Shown: positions 56,339 to 64,000 of the stretch, piece by piece | Numbering within the stretch: position 1 is the first letter of the stretch | Layout of the letters: each line of letters begins with the position of its first letter | Source: Candidatus Uhrbacteria bacterium | Lineage (GTDB): Bacteria; Patescibacteriota; Patescibacteriia; UBA9934; GWF2-40-263 | Assembly (NCBI GenBank): GCA_016188425.1 | Contig: JACPHX010000006.1 | Span: forward strand, 28,585 to 92,584 | Direction: 5' to 3' | Length of the DNA stretch: 64,000 nt | Position numbers and translations under genes: made by a program | The notes under the pieces: model-generated | Seen by the model: only the letters and a program-made list of their open reading frames with translations | Databases searched by the model: none | Told to the model about the DNA's origin: nothing

Positions 56339-56572
56339 AAAATACCCATCCGAAAGGACGGGTATTTTTGTTTTACGCCATCACATTCAATAATCTTTCT
56401 CTCTTCCCATCGCCCTGCCTGGAACCGGGACGTTGCAGGCAACGTCCCTACATTCTTTCCAGTCCTTTCTCGTCATCTCTACTCCTTCCCAATCCTTTTC
56501 CCACATCCCTTTCTAGCCCTTCCCTCACCCCCTTCTCATCCTCCTCATTTTCCCCTACAATCCCCTTTGAAT

Positions 56573-57037
56573 ATGACCCTCACCACCCACGCCGTCATGG
56601 GAGCCGTTATCGGCCAGGCCGTCGGCCACCCCGTGTTAGGATTCACGCTGGCCTTCGCGACCCATCTGCTCATCGACATGATCCCGCATGGGGATTCGAA
56701 GATGGCAGAGAATTTCCATGTCCATAAAGTCAAACAAAAACAAGCGATCGCCTACGTCATGGTTGATGCGATCACGGCAATTTTTATCGTGCTCATCCTC
56801 GCAAATACCAAGGACGTAGAAAGTCTGCGCGCCTACACCTGGGGCATCGCGGGTGGCATCCTTCCCGATCTCATGGTCGGGGCAGCGGATATCTTCAAAA
56901 CTCCCTTCTTAGACAAGTTCCACAAATTTCATTTCTTCTTCCACAACTTCTTCACCAAGCGCTTCGGCGACGTGCCGCTCGCCCATGCCCTCTTGGCACA
57001 GATTGTTTTCATCGTGATCCTGCAGCGCGTCCTCTAA
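56573..57037 (+). CDS. Membrane protein, putative metal-dependent hydrolase (YdjM/DUF457-like)
   Basis: TTHAVMG, THLLIDMIPH, LPD, FHFFFH. Confidence 0.7.
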   Translation: MTLTTHAVMGAVIGQAVGHPVLGFTLAFATHLLIDMIPHGDSKMAENFHVHKVKQKQAIAYVMVDAITAIFIVLILANTKDVESLRAYTWGIAGGILPDLMVGAADIFKTPFLDKFHKFHFFFHNFFTKRFGDVPLAHALLAQIVFIVILQRVL

Positions 57038-57051
57038 GGGACACGCTTTTT

Positions 57052-58023
57052 TTATTGGGCATCCGACCACGCGTACGCATCAAACGACCACGCCGCGAGA
57101 GCTTCGGCATCAAAGAAACGGTCGTCTTTTCCCGGCGCGCCCAGGACGACCACGATAAGATCACCACCGTTCTCTTCTCTCACGGCCGCGGCGAGACAAT
57201 ACCCTGCCGTTGGAAGATATCCCGTTTTCCCAGAAAGGATCTGGTAGGGTTCCTCGTCCAAAAAACTACTGAAAAGCTCGTTGGTATTCGCAAGCTTGAT
57301 CGTCCTTCCTCGAGACGTCGTAAGCGTCAATTCCCGTTTGGTGACGAACTCCGTGATCTGGGGCTGCTCCATGGCGGCATTGAGAAGGAGAGCGACATCA
57401 AACGCCGACGAACGGTTCTCGGGAAGGATCCCGGAAGGATCAGCGAACGTCGTCTGGTCCATGTGGAGTTCTTGCGCTTTGGCGTTCATCTTCTCGATGA
57501 ACTGTTCGGGCGAAAGCCCGCTCGCGCGCGCCAAGGCCGCGGTCGCGGAATTATCCGACGCGATGAGGCTCGAAGCCAGCAGGTCGCGCACGCGTACCGG
57601 ATCGTTGGGAGGGATATGTTCCAATCCGCCGTAGATGACATCCTCTGAATAAATCTGATCCTGTCCCGCCAAATCCATGCCACTCTCAAGCGCCACCAGC
57701 GCGGTCATGAGCTTCGTAATACTGCCGATCGACCGCACGTCCCCCCCGCCTTTTTCATAGAGGACGGCCTGGGTGCGCCGATCCATCACCAGCACGCTGC
57801 GAGCCGCGGTTTCTATCCCCAAACGGGACGGATCGATTTTGAGAGGCGCGTGTTCTGGGAGACGCAACGCAAGGTCGCGTCCAAGACGCGTTTGAGTCTG
57901 AACGATACCAACAGGAACAAACATAGAGGCAGGCGGATGCTCGAGCGCCCGGCCGTCCATGGGGACAACGACAAAACTCAACGAGAGAAGCCACGTGTGG
58001 AAAAGGGAGGCGAAGGCATTCAT
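57052..58023 (-). CDS. Peptidase S11 D-alanyl-D-alanine carboxypeptidase
   Basis: SITK, SDN and KTG motifs. Confidence 0.92.
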   Translation of the reverse strand: MNAFASLFHTWLLSLSFVVVPMDGRALEHPPASMFVPVGIVQTQTRLGRDLALRLPEHAPLKIDPSRLGIETAARSVLVMDRRTQAVLYEKGGGDVRSIGSITKLMTALVALESGMDLAGQDQIYSEDVIYGGLEHIPPNDPVRVRDLLASSLIASDNSATAALARASGLSPEQFIEKMNAKAQELHMDQTTFADPSGILPENRSSAFDVALLLNAAMEQPQITEFVTKRELTLTTSRGRTIKLANTNELFSSFLDEEPYQILSGKTGYLPTAGYCLAAAVREENGGDLIVVVLGAPGKDDRFFDAEALAAWSFDAYAWSDAQ

Positions 58024-58571
58024 ACGGTTGGTTCCTCGTGTGCCCGTACCAGCATGTCGGTTATCTTTTTATGGTCATTGAAACGCGTGAAGTCGGGCAA
58101 TTCCTGGATAGAATGCAGGCCCATATGACGGAGAAAGTCTGCAGAAACGGAATAAACCGCCTGCAACTTCGTGGCATCATCACGTTCCTCGATGAGGCCC
58201 CGCATCAGAAGGTTCCGCAAAATGAGGGAGCAATTGACTCCACGGATCTCTTCAATTTCTGGCCGCGTCACCGGGCCCCGGTACGCGATGATCGTCAGCG
58301 TCTCAAGCGATGGCCGTGTCAGCTCCCCCGCCACTTCCTGCCGGAACGCATCTTGAAGAAACGCAGACGCCGCCGGATTCGTCACCAGCTGGACCTGGTC
58401 CTGCGTCTCCAGCACATGGATGCCCGACTCTGGTGCATTCATCGTCTTCGCCCAAGCCCCGACCTCTCCCCTCACCTCCCCCTCCTCCACCCCCAGCGCC
58501 CGCGCCAATGCCAAAAATCCCACCGGTTTTCCAGCGGCAAACAAATACGATTGTAGGTGCATCTTATTCAT
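58020..58571 (-). CDS. scpB: SMC-Scp complex subunit ScpB
   Basis: LETLTIIAYRGPVTR.EIEEIRGV. Confidence 0.95.
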   Translation of the reverse strand: MNKMHLQSYLFAAGKPVGFLALARALGVEEGEVRGEVGAWAKTMNAPESGIHVLETQDQVQLVTNPAASAFLQDAFRQEVAGELTRPSLETLTIIAYRGPVTRPEIEEIRGVNCSLILRNLLMRGLIEERDDATKLQAVYSVSADFLRHMGLHSIQELPDFTRFNDHKKITDMLVRAHEEPTV

Positions 58572-58629
58572 AGTGTTTGTCTTCTTCCCTCCCATTGCGC
58601 CCCTTGGACCCCCTGCGCCCCTTGCGCCC

Positions 58630-59328
58630 TTAGTCTACCCTCTTTATCTCAATCTCCCCAAACGCTCCCGCTTGTACTGCCTGCACTGATCGAGAACGCA
58701 ATAGCTCCAAGAGAGCCAAGAAACTGACGACTACGTCAACTTTTCTCGACGCCCCTTTCACGACGTCCGAGAACAACATCCACGCCTTCCCCAAGATCGC
58801 TCCCCGCAGCGCCTCCATCCGTTCCTGTACCGTTGCCACCCGCGCAACCAGTCTCGTTTCCAGAGCAAAAAATGGTTCAAGCCGTTTGAGGATATCTTGG
58901 AAGCAAGAAGAGAGCTTGGAGGGATTCACGGAAGGAGGAGGGAAAAAACCGGAGAGCTTGGGGAGGGACATTCGGTCTCTGGCAAACATCGTCTGCGAGT
59001 GCGCGCCGAAGAGATTCTCGATATTCTTTGATGCCTCGATATACTGCTCATACAAACGCAGGCGTGCCGCGAGATCACCTTCTGGCTCATCTTCCATGAC
59101 GACAGACGGCATGAGCGCCCGCGCTTTTATGAGAAGGAGGGCGCAGGCCACCGTAAGAAAGTCTGCAATCTCCGTCGACGGGACTTCGTGAGCGTCCAGG
59201 TAACGCAGATACTCCTCTGTGACTTGGGAGAGGGAGACGTCGGTGATTGGCAGTCTGTTCTCACGGACAATCTCAAGCAAGAGGTGAAGGGGGCCGGAGA
59301 ATTGTTCGGTCGAAATTTCAAATGGCAC
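58630..59328 (-). CDS. scpA: Segregation/condensation protein ScpA
   Basis: GTG start; FSGPLHLLL, VVVSFLALLEL, FGEI. Confidence 0.94.
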   Translation of the reverse strand: MPFEISTEQFSGPLHLLLEIVRENRLPITDVSLSQVTEEYLRYLDAHEVPSTEIADFLTVACALLLIKARALMPSVVMEDEPEGDLAARLRLYEQYIEASKNIENLFGAHSQTMFARDRMSLPKLSGFFPPPSVNPSKLSSCFQDILKRLEPFFALETRLVARVATVQERMEALRGAILGKAWMLFSDVVKGASRKVDVVVSFLALLELLRSRSVQAVQAGAFGEIEIKRVD

Positions 59329-59446
59329 AAGTGAAGGGTTGAAAGGGCGGAAAGGCCTGAAAGGGCGGAAAGGTTCGATCAAAGCGAGACGACAGACCCG
59401 TTTCCTTTCCGCCGTCTCCGCCCTTTCAGGCCTTTCCGCCTTCGCA

Positions 59447-60856
59447 TTAGTTCTCTTCCGGCTTGCGGACAAGGATATTCGCCTCCTTAAGCGATTTCTC
59501 CGAGAGGACGCTGGGCGCGTCCATGACGGCCGTGTGACCCGATCCCGTCATGGGGAATGCCTGCACTTCGCGCAGGTACGACTCGCCCGTGAGGTTCATG
59601 ATGTTGCGCTCAATGCCCAACCCAATGCCGCCATGCGGGGGCGCGCCGTACTTGAACGCCTCAAGCATGTGGCCGACCGATTCTTTCACTTCTTCCTGTG
59701 TGTACCCCATCGTCTTGTACGTAGCTCCCAACACGGCCGGATCATGGGCGCGAATGCTTCCCCCACCGCTCTCGTAGCCGTTGCAGACCAAGTCGTACTG
59801 GGTCGTAAGAATGTGCTCGATATTACGGCCCGCGAGATGGTCTTCCAGGAATTCTGGTTTTGGCTGGGAGAATGGGTTGTGCGTAAACGTCCAGCCACCC
59901 TCCTCTGTTTTCTCAAAGAAAGGAAAGTCAACAACCCAAGCGTAAGCGAGGACTCCTTTTTGCTTATCCTCCTCTGTGCGCAAGTCGAACTTATCGGCTC
60001 CGTACTTCGCCATCGATTCCTGGTACGTTACACGCGGGAATGGCTTTTGTTTGATTGTATACCCCATGGATTCGACGGTATGCGTGATCATCAATTCAAC
60101 CATGTGCATCACGTCCTCGCGCTCCACAAAACTCATCTCGATATCAATTTGTGTGTGCTCGAATCCGCGATCCGCACGCGGATCCTCGTCTCGGAAACAA
60201 CGCGCGGTCTGGAAATATCGTTCAACACCCGCGACCATCAATAGCTGTTTGTACTGCTGCGGGCTCTGCGGGAGTGCAAAGAACTTCCCTGGCTGCAGAC
60301 GCGAAGGAACGATAAAATCACGGGATCCTTCTGGCGTCGCTTTGGTGAGGTACGGCGTCTCGATTTCCGTGAAGCGATTTCCAAGAAGGAATTGGCGGCA
60401 GTTCTGGATAAACGTATTGCGCACCGTCAGGTTGCGGTACAGACGGTCGCTGCGTAAGTCGAGATATCGATGCTTGAGACGCAACTCTTCGTTGATGCCG
60501 CTTGTGTCCTTGTCGATCTCAAACGGCAGCGGTTCACATCGGTTCAAGATGACAACCCGTTTGGCCGCCAGCTCGATTGTTCCTGTCGGCTGGTCGGCGC
60601 GAACTTGCTTCGCGCCGCGCGTTTTTATTTCCCCCTCGATCTCCAGGACGTACTCCGTCTTAATTTCCCCCACCAGCGCCGCGATCTCTCCCGAGAGATC
60701 GGGTTTATAGCAGACAACCTGCAAGACGCCAGATGCATCCCGCAAATCGATAAACGCAAGTTTGTCCCCCATCACCCTCACCGTCCTCACCCATCCTTTG
60801 ACGATGACGTTCTTCCCCGTCATCGTCGGCGTCTCACTAATCCATGTTCGTTGCAT
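59447..60856 (-). CDS. aspS: Aspartate--tRNA ligase, short form without the GAD insertion
   Basis: RYLDLR, LPQSPQ, CFRDED.RADR, PPHGG; 469 aa. Confidence 0.95.
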   Translation of the reverse strand: MQRTWISETPTMTGKNVIVKGWVRTVRVMGDKLAFIDLRDASGVLQVVCYKPDLSGEIAALVGEIKTEYVLEIEGEIKTRGAKQVRADQPTGTIELAAKRVVILNRCEPLPFEIDKDTSGINEELRLKHRYLDLRSDRLYRNLTVRNTFIQNCRQFLLGNRFTEIETPYLTKATPEGSRDFIVPSRLQPGKFFALPQSPQQYKQLLMVAGVERYFQTARCFRDEDPRADRGFEHTQIDIEMSFVEREDVMHMVELMITHTVESMGYTIKQKPFPRVTYQESMAKYGADKFDLRTEEDKQKGVLAYAWVVDFPFFEKTEEGGWTFTHNPFSQPKPEFLEDHLAGRNIEHILTTQYDLVCNGYESGGGSIRAHDPAVLGATYKTMGYTQEEVKESVGHMLEAFKYGAPPHGGIGLGIERNIMNLTGESYLREVQAFPMTGSGHTAVMDAPSVLSEKSLKEANILVRKPEEN

Positions 60857-60873
60857 ATGTTGAAGCGCGTAGA

Positions 60874-61002
60874 GGGCGTGGCCTGTTCTGCCGGAGGATT
60901 GTTTATTCGTGTTCGAGCGTACGAGCCGAGCCCACATCTCTACGCAGGGCGACAGCGAGAAGCGAGTTAATAAACAATCCGGAGGCAGAACAGGCCACGC
61001 CC
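60874..61002. repeat. Hairpin element, copy B (34-bp arms, 61-bp core)
   Basis: Arms 60874-60907/60969-61002 with a 3-nt internal loop; core shared with copy A. Confidence 0.85.
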
Positions 61003-61006
61003 GTAG

Positions 61007-62305
61007 CTATGGCGTAATTCGATTAATCAATCGTGGGAACGGAATCGTCTCGCGGATATGTTCGAGGCCGCAGATCCAAGCAGTGATGCGTTCCAAACCA
61101 TACCCGAAACCCGAGTGCGGGACCGATCCGTATTTGCGCAGATCCAAATACCAGTTGAACGGCTCGACCGGAAGGTTGTGCTCCTTGATCCGGGCGAGCA
61201 ACATATCGTAATCGTCCTCGCGTTGGCTTCCGCCGATAATTTCGCCGTAGCCCTCTGGAGCGAGCAGATCCGCATTCAGCACGCGCGTGGCGTCCTGCGG
61301 GTCGCGCTTCATGTAGAACGCTTTGACGACGGCTGGATACTTCTCCACAAATATGGGACGGTCGTAGAGCTTTGTGAGCATCGTCTCATCATCCGCACCC
61401 AGGTCATCGATATCTTTGATGTCGGATCCCATCCCGCGCAACTTCGCGACCGCTTCCGCGTGCGTCATGCGCACAAAAGGGGCCTGAACCTTCTCGAGCG
61501 CCTCGATGTTCCTCTCGAGAATCGCGAGTTCCTTCCGGTTCTGCGTGAGGACGTCTTTGACAATCCGGAGGATTAGTCCTTCCTGAATAGCAAGGTTCCC
61601 TTCGTGCTCAACAAATGCCGCCTCTGCATCCATCATCCAGAATTCCGTGAGATGGCGGCGGGTCTTGGATTTCTCGGCGCGGAAAACAGGACCGAAGTCG
61701 AAACAACGGCCGAGGCTCATGACCGCGGCTTCCAGATACAGCTGGCCGGATTGGGAGAGATACGCCTTCGTCCATTCAAAGTAGTCGATCTCAAAAAGCT
61801 CGGTCGTCCCTTCGCAGGCATTGGGTGTGAGGATCGGGGAGTCGATCTTGATGAAACCGATCTCGTTTAGGTACGCGAACGTCGCGTTGATGATCGTATT
61901 GCGTACGCGCTGTATCGCCCATTGCTTTTCGCTGCGCAACCACAAATGACGGTTGTCCAAGAGGAAATCGGGGCCATGCTCCTTCTTCCCAATCGGATAA
62001 TCGTCTGGAGCGAGTTGGATGACTCGCAGCGACATCCCGTCGAGCTCAAACCCGGAGGGCGAACGGCTGTCCTCTTTGACCTTGCCGGCCAAGACGACCG
62101 ATGACTCGATGCGGAGCGACTGGAGGGCATTCCACACCTCCTCCGAGGTACCTGCTTTGGAAAAGACCGCCTGGATACGCCCCGTGCCGTCACGGAATTG
62201 CAGGAAAAAAATCTTCCCGCTGGAGCGGAAATTGTAGACCCACCCCTTCAACTCAATTTCCTGGCCAACATGTTCCGACACCCTAGAAATAAAGGAGGAA
62301 ATCAT
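61007..62305 (-). CDS. asnS: Asparagine--tRNA ligase
   Basis: RHLWLR, LSQSGQLY, FRAEKS.TRRHLTEFW, GGSQRE. Confidence 0.97.
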   Translation of the reverse strand: MISSFISRVSEHVGQEIELKGWVYNFRSSGKIFFLQFRDGTGRIQAVFSKAGTSEEVWNALQSLRIESSVVLAGKVKEDSRSPSGFELDGMSLRVIQLAPDDYPIGKKEHGPDFLLDNRHLWLRSEKQWAIQRVRNTIINATFAYLNEIGFIKIDSPILTPNACEGTTELFEIDYFEWTKAYLSQSGQLYLEAAVMSLGRCFDFGPVFRAEKSKTRRHLTEFWMMDAEAAFVEHEGNLAIQEGLILRIVKDVLTQNRKELAILERNIEALEKVQAPFVRMTHAEAVAKLRGMGSDIKDIDDLGADDETMLTKLYDRPIFVEKYPAVVKAFYMKRDPQDATRVLNADLLAPEGYGEIIGGSQREDDYDMLLARIKEHNLPVEPFNWYLDLRKYGSVPHSGFGYGLERITAWICGLEHIRETIPFPRLINRITP

Positions 62306-62350
62306 AGTGGAAGTAGTGTATCCAAGGGGGAATCGGTTGGCAAACCATGC

Positions 62351-63127
62351 TTAATCCTTGAGGCACGCCTCCCGCATCGAGTTGAGCGGCACGGTTGGGA
62401 AATGCGAGACGATTAATGATTCGACGGCCTCATGGAACTGTCCCAAGGACTCTCCAGGAAGATGCGGGCGCAGCTGGTTTTCGAATGTCTCTCCCAGAGC
62501 GAACCGGAGGAGTTTCGCGATGCGATCCTCCATTGGCCGGGCCGCAAACCAAGTCTCCTGGTCCGCGATGGAACAGGGATCGCAGACCACCCCACCTTTG
62601 AGCGCATGCCAACGAAAAGTCTTGGAAGCGATGGGGTCTTTGCATTGCAGACAGAAAAACAACTCGGGGCGGTAGCCGGACATCGCGAGGAGCTTGAGAG
62701 CGAAAGAAGCGAGAAGATATCCGCTCCGCTCGGCGGTGAGTGGCGGGGAGGCGTCGACGAAGATGAGGAACTTTTTGAGCTCGTAATACAAAACGGGATC
62801 CGGCTCCGCCTCGCGCGTGCCAATGTCGATAAGATGCAGGGCGCTTTGGGCCAGCACCGACCGGCGATGGTCCTGATACAAATTCGGGAACGTGTGCCAT
62901 CGCTCCACGCCCGCCAGCGTGTACATGCTGCGCCCCCGCACGATCATGAGATCGGCTTCGCAGACAAATTCCAAATGCGGCGACAGCTTGGCCAAGGGCT
63001 TGTTGCCGCCCCGGCCAACGACCTGTACCTTCCCTTCTTCCTTGGTGAGGATCGTGTACAAACGATCAACTTCCCTCCAATGTTTCTGACGAAGCGGAAT
63101 GCCCCGTGTCTGAAAGACGACTGACAT
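62351..63127 (-). CDS. recO: DNA repair protein RecO
   Basis: E.DR...ILT...GK; GYRPEL..CxxC...GG..CxxC. Confidence 0.9.
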   Translation of the reverse strand: MSVVFQTRGIPLRQKHWREVDRLYTILTKEEGKVQVVGRGGNKPLAKLSPHLEFVCEADLMIVRGRSMYTLAGVERWHTFPNLYQDHRRSVLAQSALHLIDIGTREAEPDPVLYYELKKFLIFVDASPPLTAERSGYLLASFALKLLAMSGYRPELFFCLQCKDPIASKTFRWHALKGGVVCDPCSIADQETWFAARPMEDRIAKLLRFALGETFENQLRPHLPGESLGQFHEAVESLIVSHFPTVPLNSMREACLKD

Positions 63128-63503
63128 AGGATTGAACCATAATCATGGCAGCCAGCGCATCCTCGTCCGCCTCCGCCCCCTCTTCCCGCTGGAGACGAAT
63201 GCTGTCCTTGGTGGTAAACGATTCGTCTTCCTCATCGACGGGGACGGAAACGACCTTTCGCAGCGCCTCGATGAACGCACGGGTCTTTTGAAGTTGTTCG
63301 GGGCCGAACCGTCCACCAGTCGGCAATGGGACACCGACGACGATCCGATCAATCTGTTCCGATTCGACCCGTCGCGCCAATGCCTTCAACGTGAATGCTC
63401 CGTCGTTTCTGATGACATCCAAAGGCAGCGCCACCTGGGAACCAAAATCCCCAAACGCAAGCCCTATTTTTTTATCTCCATAGTCGATGCCTAAAATCCT
63501 CAT
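63066..63503 (-). CDS. yqgF: YqgF/RuvX-family nuclease
   Basis: ILGIDYGDKKIGLA, DESFTT, DALAA. Confidence 0.93.
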   Translation of the reverse strand: MRILGIDYGDKKIGLAFGDFGSQVALPLDVIRNDGAFTLKALARRVESEQIDRIVVGVPLPTGGRFGPEQLQKTRAFIEALRKVVSVPVDEEDESFTTKDSIRLQREEGAEADEDALAAMIMVQSYVSRLSDTGHSASSETLEGS

Positions 63504-63509
63504 ACGTTT

Positions 63510-64000
63510 CTACACAGGCAACGGTGTCAAAATATCCGCCCCTTCTTGCGTCACCCCTACGGTCACTTCGAAATGCGCGCTTGGCTTCCCGTCCGCCATC
63601 GCCACCGTCCAGCCGTCATCGAGCGTGCTAACTTTGTGCGTCCCCATGCCAATCATCGGTTCGATCGCGAGACACATCCCAACTTCCATTTTAATATCCT
63701 CAAACTTCGCATCGTAATAATTCGGCACATGCGGGGCTTCATGGACCTTGTGGCCGACCCCGTGGCCGACGAGCGCCCGCACGATTCCGTATCCATGAGG
63801 TTTAATAACCGATTCGACTGCCTTCCCCACCTCCGCAATCGTCGCCCCCGCCTTCACGATGGCCACGGCCGCCAGCAGAGACTTCTTCGTCGCCTCCATC
63901 AGTTCCAAGCGGTCGTGGGAGACGCGGCCGACCGGTACTGTCGCGGCCATGTCCGTGCACAATCCTTTCAACCAAAGGCCGATGTCCAAACCAACAATGT
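63510..64000 (-). CDS. map: Methionine aminopeptidase type I, 5' end outside the window
   Basis: GHGVG..VHEAP, AIEPM, SAHFE.T. Confidence 0.96.
   Translation of the reverse strand, partial: IVGLDIGLWLKGLCTDMAATVPVGRVSHDRLELMEATKKSLLAAVAIVKAGATIAEVGKAVESVIKPHGYGIVRALVGHGVGHKVHEAPHVPNYYDAKFEDIKMEVGMCLAIEPMIGMGTHKVSTLDDGWTVAMADGKPSAHFEVTVGVTQEGADILTPLPV

Noticed and set aside
63066-63127. 62-nt yqgF/recO overlap as a recoding signal
   Set aside because: Most simply a C-terminal run-on after a lost stop; both domains are complete.

Overview
This is a 64-kb chromosomal segment of a bacterium using the standard code. The gene set, SD-less core genes, VirB2-like pilin-anchored giant proteins and short AspRS suggest Patescibacteria/CPR (Parcubacteria/Uhrbacteria-like); this is inference only. 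The core consists of smpB-ssrA, infC-rpmI-rplT, ybeY-dgkA-ftsA-ftsZ-nrdR-htrA-pyk, lepB-hisS-rpsU-yqeY, LCP-der-pth-dprA, topA, rel, parAB, map-yqgF-recO-asnS-aspS-scpA-scpB-dac and five tRNAs. Accessory content has four parts. (i) Three SD-led, individually promoted envelope genes at 1-3.7 kb: two Cys/Asp-rich lipoproteins and a predicted beta-barrel protein. (ii) Two orphan membrane proteins sharing an unrecognised Cys-containing C-terminal domain. (iii) A ~16-kb surface-structure operon with a YqeY-pilin fusion and a 3485-aa adhesin. (iv) A Fic cassette bounded by an exact 18-bp direct repeat at the 3' end of a candidate structured RNA. Intergenic DNA is full of small palindromic elements: fold-back elements at both tmRNA ends and at tRNA 3' ends, a two-copy hairpin family, REP-like units and paired inverted tandem arrays. 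rplT and fic are frameshifted as assembled. All calls come from reading motifs by eye; no database search was run.
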